64,000 nt of DNA from a bacterium UBA2214. Lineage in GTDB: Bacteria > Zhuqueibacterota > Zhuqueibacteria > Residuimicrobiales > Residuimicrobiaceae. The notes beneath the pieces are model-generated. The model was not told where the DNA came from, searched no databases, and worked only from the letters and a program-made list of their open reading frames with translations. The position numbers and the translations under genes were made by a program. The stretch is from contig DCUM01000165.1 of NCBI GenBank assembly GCA_002327255.1, positions 40,427 through 104,426 of the forward strand, read 5' to 3'. Below, in pieces: positions 30,127 through 39,977 of this stretch; position 1 is the first letter of the stretch, and the number at the start of each line of letters is the position of its first letter.

Positions 30127-31545
30127 CTACAAATAATAGCGTTCGATCAGTATGTACGACGCCCAGGCCAGACTCACGACAACGCCCAAAACGCCGGCGA
30201 GTATCCAGGCCCGTCCGGGCCTGACGCGGCGATGCACGAAGTGGTTCTGAAAGAGCAGCCAGAAAAAAGGCGCCGCGGGAATAAAGTATCTTCCCGAGAT
30301 ACCGTGCACATAGGCATCCCCCACCGGAGAATTGACCAGATAGAGTGCCAGGGCGGTGACGCCGGCGACACCGGACACCACCAGGGCGAGCACGATGCGC
30401 TGCCGCACAGAAAGGCTGCCTTCGTGATTGAGAACGGCGGCAACGGCAATGAGCAGTAAAAAAACCGCAATAATCGGCAGCGGCAACAGGGTATCGAGCC
30501 ATCCCAACTGTCCGACATGGGAGCGGATATAGAACAGCTTAAACACCCAAAAAGAACGCAGCGCAGCGCCGATAAAGAGCATGGGGCTGGCCACAACCGC
30601 CTGCGACTGTTTGTCATAGCTGGCCCAGGGTTCCAGCCAGTTGAGATCCTGTTGCGCCAGGGACTTCCATCCCCAGGTGATGGCGAGCGCCGCCAGCACC
30701 ATGAGGATCCATAACATCCATTGCCTGCGCCGGCTGGCGAATTTCTGCGCCGGCAGCAGCAGGAATACCACGGCAAAGAGGGCAAAACCCGGTTTAGAGA
30801 AAGCGATCACCAGTGTCAACAAAAACAACCCTCCGTACTGGGGCCGGCTCAATACGCCCGGATCGTGCGCGAATTTGAGGGTGCAGGCCAATAGCAGAAA
30901 ACAAAAGGCATTGATAAATCCATCCTGATGCACGGCCCCGGCGAGAAAAATGCTCATCGGCATCAGCGCAATCAGGGCCATGACCCATTTCCCGGTGGGC
31001 GTCAGGCGCAGGGCGCTGACCATCACCACCAGCCACAGCGCGAGATGGGCGAAACGTCCCAGATACATCATCACCAGGGGCGATACGTTCCCTGTTTTTC
31101 CGATCCAGATGGCCACAATGGCCGGCAGATAGGCCGGCGGTGGATAGATGGCGGAGGCTGAAAATTCATAAAAGGCCTTCTCCTCCGCCTGCAACGGCAG
31201 CCGCAAATAGTGCCATACTTTATCCAGGTCCTGACGCTGATCGCGTGAATGGAAGGCCATGCCGGGATTGATGCGATCCATGGTTTCGATCACGCTGACG
31301 GGCAGGGAATCCCCCATGGTGTTCTCATGCTTGATCGCAAAGAGCCGGCCATCGGAGAGCTGATAGGCGCGGCAGAAGTGGCGGTTTTCGTCCGGCGCCT
31401 GAAAGGGGGGCGTGATCAGCGCCCACAGGATCGAAAAGAGCGCGCCGATGATCAAAAAGAGCTGCGCCGGCGCGCGCCCCGTGCCCAACCAGGTCATGAG
31501 GGCCTGCCTGGCAGTATGACTTCTTGACAATACCTGGTTTTTCAT
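30127..31545 (-). CDS. DUF2142-like polytopic membrane protein (GT-C-like, putative glycan-transferase accessory protein)
   Basis: Start taken at MKNQVLSR. Roughly 12 predicted TM segments. First periplasmic loop carries PFQAPDENRHFCRAYQLSDG. 4-bp overlap with the upstream GT-C gene. Confidence 0.5.
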   Translation of the reverse strand: MKNQVLSRSHTARQALMTWLGTGRAPAQLFLIIGALFSILWALITPPFQAPDENRHFCRAYQLSDGRLFAIKHENTMGDSLPVSVIETMDRINPGMAFHSRDQRQDLDKVWHYLRLPLQAEEKAFYEFSASAIYPPPAYLPAIVAIWIGKTGNVSPLVMMYLGRFAHLALWLVVMVSALRLTPTGKWVMALIALMPMSIFLAGAVHQDGFINAFCFLLLACTLKFAHDPGVLSRPQYGGLFLLTLVIAFSKPGFALFAVVFLLLPAQKFASRRRQWMLWILMVLAALAITWGWKSLAQQDLNWLEPWASYDKQSQAVVASPMLFIGAALRSFWVFKLFYIRSHVGQLGWLDTLLPLPIIAVFLLLIAVAAVLNHEGSLSVRQRIVLALVVSGVAGVTALALYLVNSPVGDAYVHGISGRYFIPAAPFFWLLFQNHFVHRRVRPGRAWILAGVLGVVVSLAWASYILIERYYL

Positions 31546-33341
31546 GGTTCGCGCACCTTGAATATCTTGATTTCGGGGCCGGGATGCTGCGGGGTCGGTT
31601 TGAGGTGATAGATCAGATCGGCATAGGTGTCGATCTCCGCATAGGCTTTGCGCTCGGCGAGGATGCCATCCTCCTGAATCGGCCTTTTCCACAGCTTGTC
31701 GCTGACTATGAGATACTCGGCGTCGTGGCGGCGCACATACGCCTCGTTCACAGAGTCGGCAAAGGTGAAATTGACGTTATGCACCGCATAGCCGGCCAGC
31801 TCGAGCTCGGGCGTATACTGTTCGCGGAGAATGCGCGCCTCCTGCGGCAGGTTGGCGACCGCCCAGTTATAGGCCAGTTTTCGCGTCTGGGTTTTGAGCA
31901 GGTAGGCATCAAACGCATAACTCTTCTGCAGCATGGAAATCGCCGGTATGAGCAGAAAAACGGCCACCATTCCCGCCAGGACGCCGGCCCGGGCGACGGC
32001 GGGACGGATTTTCAGCGCCAGCCAATCCATCGCGCGCACGATCGCCAGTCCGGCCCAGAGGGCGAGGATAGGCAGCATCGGCACCATGTAGCGGTCGAAC
32101 ATGAGTCGCCACGATCCGAGATAGAAATAATAGGTCAGGGCGTAAACGGCGACAACGATCCAGCTGATTTTCGCGCGCCACAGACTGAGCAGCAGCCCCG
32201 CCACGGCGGCGGCCATCAGAATCGTGCCGAAATTATCGTGCAGATAGAAAAAGTTGGTGATGTAACCGGGCGCCGACGCGGCGAACATGCCGCTCCAGCT
32301 CGACTGACTGATGACCATCTGGAAGAGAAAGTCATGCAGGAAGGCTTTATGGTCGAGAATGGCATAGGGCGTGGTCACGAAAAAGGCGAACACGGCAACA
32401 CCCACCAGGAGCAGAATGCGCCGGATTTCCGGCAGCCAGAGTCGCAGGGTATAGCCGAGCACCATCACACCGGCAAAGACCACAGCCGCCAGTTTGGGCG
32501 CCATGGCGTGGACGCGCGGGACGATCTCGTCGAAATATTTGATCCACAACTCGACGCGAATGGTATTGAGCAGCATACCGGCCCAGTGCTCAAAATGATG
32601 CAGCAGCAAAAAGAGCGCGGTCGCCAGAAAGGCAGCGATGGCCGCCGTTATCAGCAAGCGGCGCCCGGCACGCCACTCCCGGCTGAGAATGGACAACCAT
32701 TGCAGCTGATGGGTTTTGGCGACTGCATGGAGATGCGCGGTCAGAATGGCCAAAAAGACGACCGCTCCCGGGATTTTGATCGAAACGGTCAATCCGAAAA
32801 AGAGACCGGTGAGTACATACGCTGCGGTCGTACGTTCATCGACGAGCCGCAGCGTAGCCCAAAGCGTCAGGATGAGAAAAAACGTCAGCGGCACATCCGT
32901 GGTGGCAAAATGGCTGTGGATGACGTGCAGGGGGCTGACCGTGAGCAGAAAAGCCGCCACCAACCCGACGCGACGATCGTACAGCTTCCGGCCCAGGCGC
33001 GCCGTCGCCCACAGGCTGGCGAGGCCGAAGAGCACCACGGTCACACGGCAAATCGTATAGAGGGTTGAGAGGTCGTCGCGGCCGCTGAAAAAGAGGAAAT
33101 AGATGCGCTCGATGAGGTACATGATGTACATGAGCAAGGAGGGATAGAGAAAATTATGCGGATTGAAATCTCCGCCAAAGAACTGGCGCGTGGCCAGCAC
33201 CAGCACCCATTCATCATTGTGATAGGCCATGGGCAGACCGAAGCGGATGCCGAGCAACCGCAACAGGGCGCCGAGCACGAGCAACAGGCCGAGCACCCAT
33301 CCCGCCAGGTTGCCATCCTTTTTCCCGCTGCGATCGATCAT
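31542..33341 (-). CDS. GT-C-fold membrane glycosyltransferase, PMT/ArnT-like (GT39/GT83)
   Basis: 599 aa, polytopic. First extracytoplasmic loop carries HNDE...FLYPSLLMY (the DE/loop-1 motif of ArnT/PMT enzymes). Soluble C-terminal domain. Confidence 0.6.
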   Translation of the reverse strand: MIDRSGKKDGNLAGWVLGLLLVLGALLRLLGIRFGLPMAYHNDEWVLVLATRQFFGGDFNPHNFLYPSLLMYIMYLIERIYFLFFSGRDDLSTLYTICRVTVVLFGLASLWATARLGRKLYDRRVGLVAAFLLTVSPLHVIHSHFATTDVPLTFFLILTLWATLRLVDERTTAAYVLTGLFFGLTVSIKIPGAVVFLAILTAHLHAVAKTHQLQWLSILSREWRAGRRLLITAAIAAFLATALFLLLHHFEHWAGMLLNTIRVELWIKYFDEIVPRVHAMAPKLAAVVFAGVMVLGYTLRLWLPEIRRILLLVGVAVFAFFVTTPYAILDHKAFLHDFLFQMVISQSSWSGMFAASAPGYITNFFYLHDNFGTILMAAAVAGLLLSLWRAKISWIVVAVYALTYYFYLGSWRLMFDRYMVPMLPILALWAGLAIVRAMDWLALKIRPAVARAGVLAGMVAVFLLIPAISMLQKSYAFDAYLLKTQTRKLAYNWAVANLPQEARILREQYTPELELAGYAVHNVNFTFADSVNEAYVRRHDAEYLIVSDKLWKRPIQEDGILAERKAYAEIDTYADLIYHLKPTPQHPGPEIKIFKVREP

Positions 33342-34297
33342 GACGGCACTTCCCGCAGCCAGCCGTTTTCTTCCAGTACCCGCCGCAACTCCCGGACAAA
33401 AAGAGCCGTGTACTGGCGGGCGCCCGTTTCATTCATGTGAATGACATCGGAGAACAGAGCGCGCTCCTGAAACTCGGGATACGATTCGCTCGTCATCTCG
33501 ATGAACGGCACCTGCAGCTCATCCGCCAATGCCCGATAAAAATCGAGGATCTGGCGTATCTTCGCAGAAGTGGGCGTCACCGCCGGAGAATAACAGAACA
33601 CCACCGCAACCCCGGCATCCCGGGCGGAGCGCACAAATTCCCTGAGAATCCCGATACGATAGGGATCGTACGGCACCCGGGGATTGGCATCGAGATCATC
33701 GGGGAAATGGTTGGTATCGCGGAATCTGGTTTGGCCGATGAAGACGAAACCGTTGTCCATGCCTGCGGCATCCTTGAAATAATTATCGGCGATGCTCAGC
33801 AGGCGGGAATTATAGCGGTAGAGCCGGGAGCAGAGTTTGAGTTCTTCACCGGGTTTGCCCCGGGTCAGCAGCTTGCGCACCTGCGGATAATCGGCATAGG
33901 GCGCCAGCGCGCTCATGCGTCCGAGTTCCTGGTCAAGCGGTTCGGATTGGGTCACATAATTGGGCAGCAAATCGAGGAGAATGAGCCGGGGTTTACAGGT
34001 TTCCAGCACCATCTGCTCGAGGGCATAGGCATAGAGGAGGTATTGGCCGTTGGCGCCGGCATTGAAAACGCTCAGCTGCAGAGTGTCCTGCATGATCGAG
34101 GGTATGTAGGAGCGGAAGGCGCGTGAGGAGCCCAGGATGACCACGTCATGGGGCCGGCTCAGCAACCAGTTCTCCTTGGACCAGTTTTCGCCGTACAGGG
34201 TGCGCTTGAAAAAATAGCCGATCGCCGATCCCAGGCCGAAATCGACCGCCGCCAGAATCAGAAGGAAAGCCAGCAATTTGAGCAGAAACCGGCGCAT
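33338..34297 (-). CDS. DltD/AlgJ-like SGNH-type protein, probable partner of the MBOAT acyltransferase
   Basis: N-terminal TM anchor, then DVVILGSSRAFRSYIPS... This gene is translationally coupled to the upstream MBOAT gene, the usual AlgI/AlgJ or DltB/DltD arrangement. Confidence 0.45.
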   Translation of the reverse strand: MRRFLLKLLAFLLILAAVDFGLGSAIGYFFKRTLYGENWSKENWLLSRPHDVVILGSSRAFRSYIPSIMQDTLQLSVFNAGANGQYLLYAYALEQMVLETCKPRLILLDLLPNYVTQSEPLDQELGRMSALAPYADYPQVRKLLTRGKPGEELKLCSRLYRYNSRLLSIADNYFKDAAGMDNGFVFIGQTRFRDTNHFPDDLDANPRVPYDPYRIGILREFVRSARDAGVAVVFCYSPAVTPTSAKIRQILDFYRALADELQVPFIEMTSESYPEFQERALFSDVIHMNETGARQYTALFVRELRRVLEENGWLREVPS

Positions 34298-34301
34298 GGC
34301 T

Positions 34302-35741
34302 CTAGAATTGAAAATAGATGAATTGACTGCCATTGAAGATACCCATGAGTAAAATCACCACCACGGTGGTCACATAAGCGGCCCAGCGCAGCGGCCGGGA
34401 GCGTTCGTCAAGAAAACGTCCCAGGGGGATGTTTTCGTGAAAAATATCCACTGCCAGCAGCATGGCCACCGCCATCAGCCCATAGACGAATTGATCCGTC
34501 GCGGGTACATAGAGTGAAGTGTAATCGCTTGAAAATATTTTCGCAACAATGTGCCGGGCATCACCGAGGCTGTTGGCACGAAAGAAAATCCAGGCAAAAT
34601 TGGCCAATTGATAGGTGATAAAGAGGGCCAACGCCTGGCGCGCCTTGGCGGGGATATGCCAGGCTGCTGCCCGTTCATCGCACCACGCTTTGCTAAAACG
34701 CGAGCTGACGGCATAGAGTCCATGGAGTGCGCCCCAGATCATGAAGGTCCAGTTGGCGCCGTGCCAGATGCCGCTGACGAAAAAGACGATGAACAGATTC
34801 AGATACATCCGCGGCACCGCAACGCGGTTACCGCCGAGCGGAATGTAGACGTAATCGCGAAACCAGGTCGAGAGCGAGATATGCCAGCGGTGCCAGAATT
34901 CCGGAATGGAGCGGGAGAAATAGGGCCGTTCGAAATTACGCATCAGTTGAAATCCCATCACGCGCGCGGCGCCGATGGCGATATCGGTATAGCCGGAAAA
35001 ATCACAGTAAATCTGAAAGCCGAAGAGATAGGTGGCGACCAAAAGCGTCAGGCCGCTGTGGGGATCGGGATTGTTATACACCGCATTGACATAGATCGCA
35101 AGGCGGTCGGCGACGACGAGCTTTTTGAAAAATCCCCACAGCATCAGCCGCAATCCGGAAGCGACGCGCGCGCCATCCCACTCCACCTTGCGCAGGAATT
35201 GCGGCATGAGGTTGCTGGCGCGTTCGATGGGACCGGCGACGAGCTGGGTGAAAAACGTCACAAACAAGGCGTAACGGCCAAAATGGCGCTGTACTTCCAT
35301 TTTATCACGATAGACATCGATGGAATAACTCAACGCCTGAAAGGTATAAAAAGAGATGCCGACGGGCAGCAACACCTCGAGCAGTGGCATTTGCAGCGGC
35401 CAATTGATAAAATCAGCCGCATCCTGCAAGGAACGCGAGAAGAAATTGAAATATTTGAACGTGAAGAGGATGCCGAGATTGATGACCAGACTCAACAGCA
35501 AATATTTGCGCCGCGGCTTGCGCTCTTTATGCCGGCCCATCCGCAACGCGCTCCAGTAGGATACCACCAGCGTGATCATCAACAACACGACATATTCCGC
35601 TTTCCAGCACATGTAAAAATAGAGGCTGGCACCCAACAGCAGCACCCAGCGATGGCGGTGCGGCAGCGCAAAATAGGCCACAACCACCAAGATGAAAAAC
35701 CAGACAAATTGCATGGAATTGAAGAGCATGCTCGATCTCAA
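34302..35741 (-). CDS. Membrane-bound O-acyltransferase (MBOAT; AlgI/DltB family)
   Basis: 479 aa polytopic protein with the MBOAT catalytic His block FWHRWHISLSTWFRDYVYIPLGGNR and an N-terminal MQFVWFFILVVVAYF typical of AlgI/DltB. Confidence 0.8.
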   Translation of the reverse strand: MRSSMLFNSMQFVWFFILVVVAYFALPHRHRWVLLLGASLYFYMCWKAEYVVLLMITLVVSYWSALRMGRHKERKPRRKYLLLSLVINLGILFTFKYFNFFSRSLQDAADFINWPLQMPLLEVLLPVGISFYTFQALSYSIDVYRDKMEVQRHFGRYALFVTFFTQLVAGPIERASNLMPQFLRKVEWDGARVASGLRLMLWGFFKKLVVADRLAIYVNAVYNNPDPHSGLTLLVATYLFGFQIYCDFSGYTDIAIGAARVMGFQLMRNFERPYFSRSIPEFWHRWHISLSTWFRDYVYIPLGGNRVAVPRMYLNLFIVFFVSGIWHGANWTFMIWGALHGLYAVSSRFSKAWCDERAAAWHIPAKARQALALFITYQLANFAWIFFRANSLGDARHIVAKIFSSDYTSLYVPATDQFVYGLMAVAMLLAVDIFHENIPLGRFLDERSRPLRWAAYVTTVVVILLMGIFNGSQFIYFQF

Positions 35742-36151
35742 GATTTAGAGTGGGAGGATTCGTTCTCTCGCGATTTGGCCTGTGAGAGCTGCCAGATCTG
35801 CTGGCGCAGCAAGGCGACCTCCTGAGCCAGTTTGGTCAGCTGCTGCTCCGATTTGCACGCCTTGATCGAAAAGTAGAGACTGACCAGGGTGAATAGGCCG
35901 AAGATGATCGGAATCATCAAGGCGGGCGCATAGGCAATCCCTGCCAGCACCGCCAGTCTTTCCAGCAGTTCCCGATTGGACGAAAAGAGGATGAGCAGCA
36001 CGGGAATGATCATCCACGCCAGGGCAAATCGTTCGCTGAGCTTGCGCTGCCGCACCAGTTGTATGATGAAAAGCAAAAAAAGCAGGCCGGCGCCGATGGC
36101 CAGATATAAAATACGGTTGCCGTACATATAGGTGTGCGCTGTATCCGGCAT
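35738..36151 (-). CDS. Small DUF2304-like membrane protein
   Basis: About 137 aa from MPDTAHTYMYGN. Three or four TM helices plus a C-terminal coiled coil. Sits directly downstream of a GT2 gene, the typical DUF2304 context. Confidence 0.4.
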   Translation of the reverse strand: MPDTAHTYMYGNRILYLAIGAGLLFLLFIIQLVRQRKLSERFALAWMIIPVLLILFSSNRELLERLAVLAGIAYAPALMIPIIFGLFTLVSLYFSIKACKSEQQLTKLAQEVALLRQQIWQLSQAKSRENESSHSKS

Positions 36152-36152
36152 A

Positions 36153-36878
36153 CTATCTCCTCCGTCTGATTCTGACGATGATGATGGCAAAAATGACCTT
36201 GATCATGTACAGGAGCGTATTCAAGCCCTGGATCGAGGACTGGCCATGCTGACGTTCCTGCATGACGATGGGAACCTCGCCGAGCTTGTAGCCGTTCATG
36301 AGGAGTTCGATGGCGCATATCGGTTCCGGGTACTCCTGCGGATAATTACGGCGCAGATATTCGAGCGCGCGGCGGTTGTAGGCGCGAAAGCCCGAGGTGG
36401 GGTCGCTCACCCACTGCCCGGTGCCGAGGCGGATAATGGCGCCGAGCACACCACCGCCGATGCGGCGTGCCAGCGAAGAGACAATCTGGTTGCCCCTGGC
36501 GTAGCGCGAACCGATGACAGCATCCCAGCCATTTCTGCTCATGGCGTCGAGCAGGAGACCGATCTGTTGCGGCGGGTGCTGGCCATCGCCATCCACCTGA
36601 ACCGCGACGTCGTGGCCGTTTTCCCAGGCGTAGAGAAAACCGGTCTGCACGGCGCCGCCGATGCCGAGATTCACGGGCAGCGATACGTGGTTGATGCCCT
36701 CTTCGCGCAGAATGGCGGCGGTGGTATCCGTGGAACAATCGTTGACCACCAGCACCTCGATGCCGGGGTGGGCGGCAGCGGCCGCGTGCGCCACGGACGC
36801 GATACTCTTTTCCTCATTGAAGGCGGGAATGATCACCAGAATGCGAGGCGTGGCCATGGTCTTTTTGTTACCATCCAT
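36153..36878 (-). CDS. GT2 glycosyltransferase (polyprenyl-phosphate sugar synthase-like)
   Basis: ILVIIPAFNEEKSI...VVNDCSTD...VQVDGDGQHPP (DxD-type motifs). Confidence 0.75.
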   Translation of the reverse strand: MDGNKKTMATPRILVIIPAFNEEKSIASVAHAAAAAHPGIEVLVVNDCSTDTTAAILREEGINHVSLPVNLGIGGAVQTGFLYAWENGHDVAVQVDGDGQHPPQQIGLLLDAMSRNGWDAVIGSRYARGNQIVSSLARRIGGGVLGAIIRLGTGQWVSDPTSGFRAYNRRALEYLRRNYPQEYPEPICAIELLMNGYKLGEVPIVMQERQHGQSSIQGLNTLLYMIKVIFAIIIVRIRRRR

Positions 36879-36888
36879 AACAGGACTC

Positions 36889-37629
36889 TCAGGGTTGATA
36901 AATACGAAATTGTCCCAACTTCATTTTCTGAAGCCGGAAGGTCAAGGCCGTGCGCAAGACACCGAATCCATATTGGACGCTGCGACGGAAATTGATGGAC
37001 GAGGCCTCGGGAAAGTATTTGGTCGGACAGGAGACCTCACCGACGTTGAAATTGAAATAGATCGCCTGGGCGATCATTTCGTTGTCAAAAACAAAATCGT
37101 TGGAGCAGTGCTGCAAGGGCAAAGCAGAGAGCAGCTCCCGGGAAAATGCCCGGTAACCCGTATGGTATTCCGAGATTTTTTGTCCCAGGAGAATATTTTC
37201 AAAAAGGGTCAAAAAGCGGTTGCTGATGTATTTATACACCGGCATGCCGCCTTTGAGCGCACCGCCGGAGATGATGCGCGAGGCCAACACCATATCGTAT
37301 TGGCCGATGGCGACCATCGACGCCATGGCGGTGACGAGTTTGGGGGTGTACTGGTAATCCGGATGCAACATGACCACCACATCCGCGCCGCGGTTGGTCG
37401 CCTCACGATAGCAGGTTTTTTGATTGCCGCCATACCCCAGATTCTTTTCGTGGACAATCGTGGGAATGTTCAGTCTTTTCGCCACCGCCACCGTTGCGTC
37501 GGTGCTGGCATCATCGACCATGATCACTTCATCGACGATGTCATGGGGTATTTCGGCATAAGTTTGTTCCAGCGTTGCCGCCGCATTATAGGCCGGCAAA
37601 ACGACAATTACTTTCTTTCCGTGAATCAT
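36889..37629 (-). CDS. GT2 glycosyltransferase
   Basis: [14 protein letters not shown]...IMVDDASTD...HPDYQY, a GT-A fold. Confidence 0.75.
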   Translation of the reverse strand: MIHGKKVIVVLPAYNAAATLEQTYAEIPHDIVDEVIMVDDASTDATVAVAKRLNIPTIVHEKNLGYGGNQKTCYREATNRGADVVVMLHPDYQYTPKLVTAMASMVAIGQYDMVLASRIISGGALKGGMPVYKYISNRFLTLFENILLGQKISEYHTGYRAFSRELLSALPLQHCSNDFVFDNEMIAQAIYFNFNVGEVSCPTKYFPEASSINFRRSVQYGFGVLRTALTFRLQKMKLGQFRIYQP

Positions 37630-37650
37630 ACGTTCTTCATTCCTGTTTGG

Positions 37651-38748
37651 TTAATGACATTCGTCCAGCAGACGATCGAATAGTGCTTCAAACTCCGCGA
37701 CTTGATGTTGCACGGTAAAGTGCGACTCCACCCGTTGCCGGCCGGCGCGCCCCATGCGCGCACGCAGTTCCGCATCCGCCGCGAGACGGTTCATGGCGCG
37801 CGCCAGGGCCTCGGGCTCCTCCTTCGCAACCAGCAGGCCGGTTTCGCCCTCCACCACCAGTTCGACCGTGCCTTCCACGGCGGTGGCGATGACGGGTTTG
37901 CCGGCGGCCATGGCTTCGAGTACGACATTGGGAAAACCCTCCCAGAGTGAGGGCAGGATAAAGACGTCAAAGGCCTCAAGCAGCCGCTGCACATCATCGC
38001 GCCGCCCCAGGAATTCGACCGCCGCTGCGATGCCCAACGCCCCAGCCTGCGCTTGCAGCGCCGGGCGCAGATCGCCGTCGCCGGCAAAGTGCCAGCGCGC
38101 CCCGGGATGTTGCGCCAGCACCGCGGGAATCGCCTTGAGCAGATGGGTGTGTCCCTTTTGATGCACCAGCCGTGCCACGGTTCCAAAACAGACGCCGGTC
38201 GACGGCGTCGTGCGCGGCGCCGGACGGAACTTGTCGAGATCGACGCCATAATAAATCGTCGAAAGGGCCTGCGGGTTCTGCCCCCGGTCTCGTATGATAA
38301 AGGGATGAATGGAATTGGAGACCGCAACCACATGGGTAAAACGGCGCGCCAGACGCCGGTAGGCCCATTTCTGATACCCTGACAAACGCCCGGTGATCAC
38401 TTCCCAGGAGACGAGTACCCCGGGCCGATAGAGGCAGGTGGCCAGCGCGGCCATGATGTCCGCATAAAAAAGCGTGCTCATCACCAGGTCGGTACGGTAT
38501 TTTCGCATGCACCCGGCGAGGCGCACAGGCAGGCTCAGATCAAAGCCGCAGCACTTTTTCAATACTTCGACCGGCAAACCGAGCGCCCGAAAGTGCTCCT
38601 CCAGCGCCCCACCCTGGCCCACACTCACGATGCTGATGTCGTATTTATCGCGGTTGAGGCGCTGCGCCAGCTCGAGCAACTTCAGCTCGCCGCCGCCGAC
38701 GCCAAAGCCATTGACGACCAGCAGAATTGATTTTTTCCCGGCCTGCAT
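37651..38748 (-). CDS. GT4 glycosyltransferase
   Basis: GT-B. N-terminal LLVVNGFGVGGGE and a C-terminal EX7E-like block (EGFPNVVLEAMAAGKPVIAT). Confidence 0.75.
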   Translation of the reverse strand: MQAGKKSILLVVNGFGVGGGELKLLELAQRLNRDKYDISIVSVGQGGALEEHFRALGLPVEVLKKCCGFDLSLPVRLAGCMRKYRTDLVMSTLFYADIMAALATCLYRPGVLVSWEVITGRLSGYQKWAYRRLARRFTHVVAVSNSIHPFIIRDRGQNPQALSTIYYGVDLDKFRPAPRTTPSTGVCFGTVARLVHQKGHTHLLKAIPAVLAQHPGARWHFAGDGDLRPALQAQAGALGIAAAVEFLGRRDDVQRLLEAFDVFILPSLWEGFPNVVLEAMAAGKPVIATAVEGTVELVVEGETGLLVAKEEPEALARAMNRLAADAELRARMGRAGRQRVESHFTVQHQVAEFEALFDRLLDECH

Positions 38749-39977
38749 TACATAAACTTTCTGTAGATGGATTCGATGCGTTGCAGATGCGCTTCGGGGC
38801 CAAAGAGCGTGACCGCCTTGTCGCGTCCGTGACGGCCCATTTCGGGCCAGCGTGGCGCTGCGGCCATCATGCGCCTCATGGCAGCCACCAGACTCTCTTC
38901 ATCACCCGCCGTGAACAACAGGCCGTCACGCTCCTCGTCGATCAATTCCGGGATGCCGCCGATGTTGGCGCCGAGCACCGCTTTGCCATGGGCCAGCGCT
39001 TCGTATATGCTCAACGGTGAATTGTCATACACCACCGAAGGCACCACCACGAACATCGCCCGCTTGACGATCTCGCGCAGCGACGCGCCGCTCTGGTAAC
39101 CGGAAAATTCGACATTTTCCATTCCGTTCTCGTGGACAAATGTTTTCAGCGCTTCCTCCAGCCGGCCCGTGCCGATCACCTTGAGGCGAATATCGGGCAG
39201 GTGTTTCATGGCACGGACCAGTTCGGCGATTCCTTTCTCATGGGAGAGCCTCCCCACGTAAACACAATAGCCATCATTCTCATAACAGGGCTCATAATGA
39301 TCGATGGGGATGGTATAGGGCAGCCACGCCACCTGTTCCTGCGGATAACCGTATTGGATCATTTTATCGCGCAGGAAGCGGCTCGGCGACAGGTACAGGT
39401 CCACCTGGCGGCGATAGGTGCGTAAAAAGCGATGCACATAGGACTCGGCGCTCACCAGCGCCGACGCGGGCAGTGACTGCCGGAAGCACCTTCCGGCGGT
39501 GGCATGCCAGAAATGTGCACCCGCGCAGCGTTCACAGACGCGGCCATGACGATCGAGAAAAAGATAGTCCGGACAGAGAATTTTGTATTCATGCAGGGTA
39601 AAGATCACCGGCAATTTTTTGCGTTTCAAAGAGAACAAGACCGAAGGCGAAAGATGGTGATAGACGCCATGGACATGGGCAATGTCCGGCCGTACCGCAT
39701 CGATCAGTAATTCGATGCGTTGCTGCGCCTGGCGGTTATAGATCACCCGCGCCGCCGCCCGCAGCCCGTTGATCACGCCGAGTCTGGCCAGTTCCCGGTC
39801 CGGTTCGAAATAATCGACAAAAAAGTCGCTGTACGGCGTGGCTTCATTGCGCGGATGGTGCATGGCGAAGGGGATGACCTCATGGCCGTGGCGCTGCAGC
39901 AATTCGCAGAGATTGAAGTAGTAGCGCTCTGCACCGCCCTCGATATAATAGAACTTGTGTACCATGAGAATTTTCAT
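38748..39977 (-). CDS. GT4 glycosyltransferase
   Basis: MKILMVHKFYYIEGGAERYY N-terminus. C-terminal VVPSVVYDNSPLSIYEALAHGKAVLGANIGGIPE. Confidence 0.75.
   Translation of the reverse strand: MKILMVHKFYYIEGGAERYYFNLCELLQRHGHEVIPFAMHHPRNEATPYSDFFVDYFEPDRELARLGVINGLRAAARVIYNRQAQQRIELLIDAVRPDIAHVHGVYHHLSPSVLFSLKRKKLPVIFTLHEYKILCPDYLFLDRHGRVCERCAGAHFWHATAGRCFRQSLPASALVSAESYVHRFLRTYRRQVDLYLSPSRFLRDKMIQYGYPQEQVAWLPYTIPIDHYEPCYENDGYCVYVGRLSHEKGIAELVRAMKHLPDIRLKVIGTGRLEEALKTFVHENGMENVEFSGYQSGASLREIVKRAMFVVVPSVVYDNSPLSIYEALAHGKAVLGANIGGIPELIDEERDGLLFTAGDEESLVAAMRRMMAAAPRWPEMGRHGRDKAVTLFGPEAHLQRIESIYRKFM

Noticed and set aside
29928-30224. 98-aa plus-strand ORF in the gap downstream of the glycan locus
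   Set aside because: It overlaps the 3' end of the DUF2142 gene, has no RBS, and has Cys/Arg-rich composition atypical for this genome's proteins.
31524-33068. 514-aa plus-strand ORF
   Set aside because: Antisense to the GT-C membrane transferase. The translation is highly charged and repetitive.
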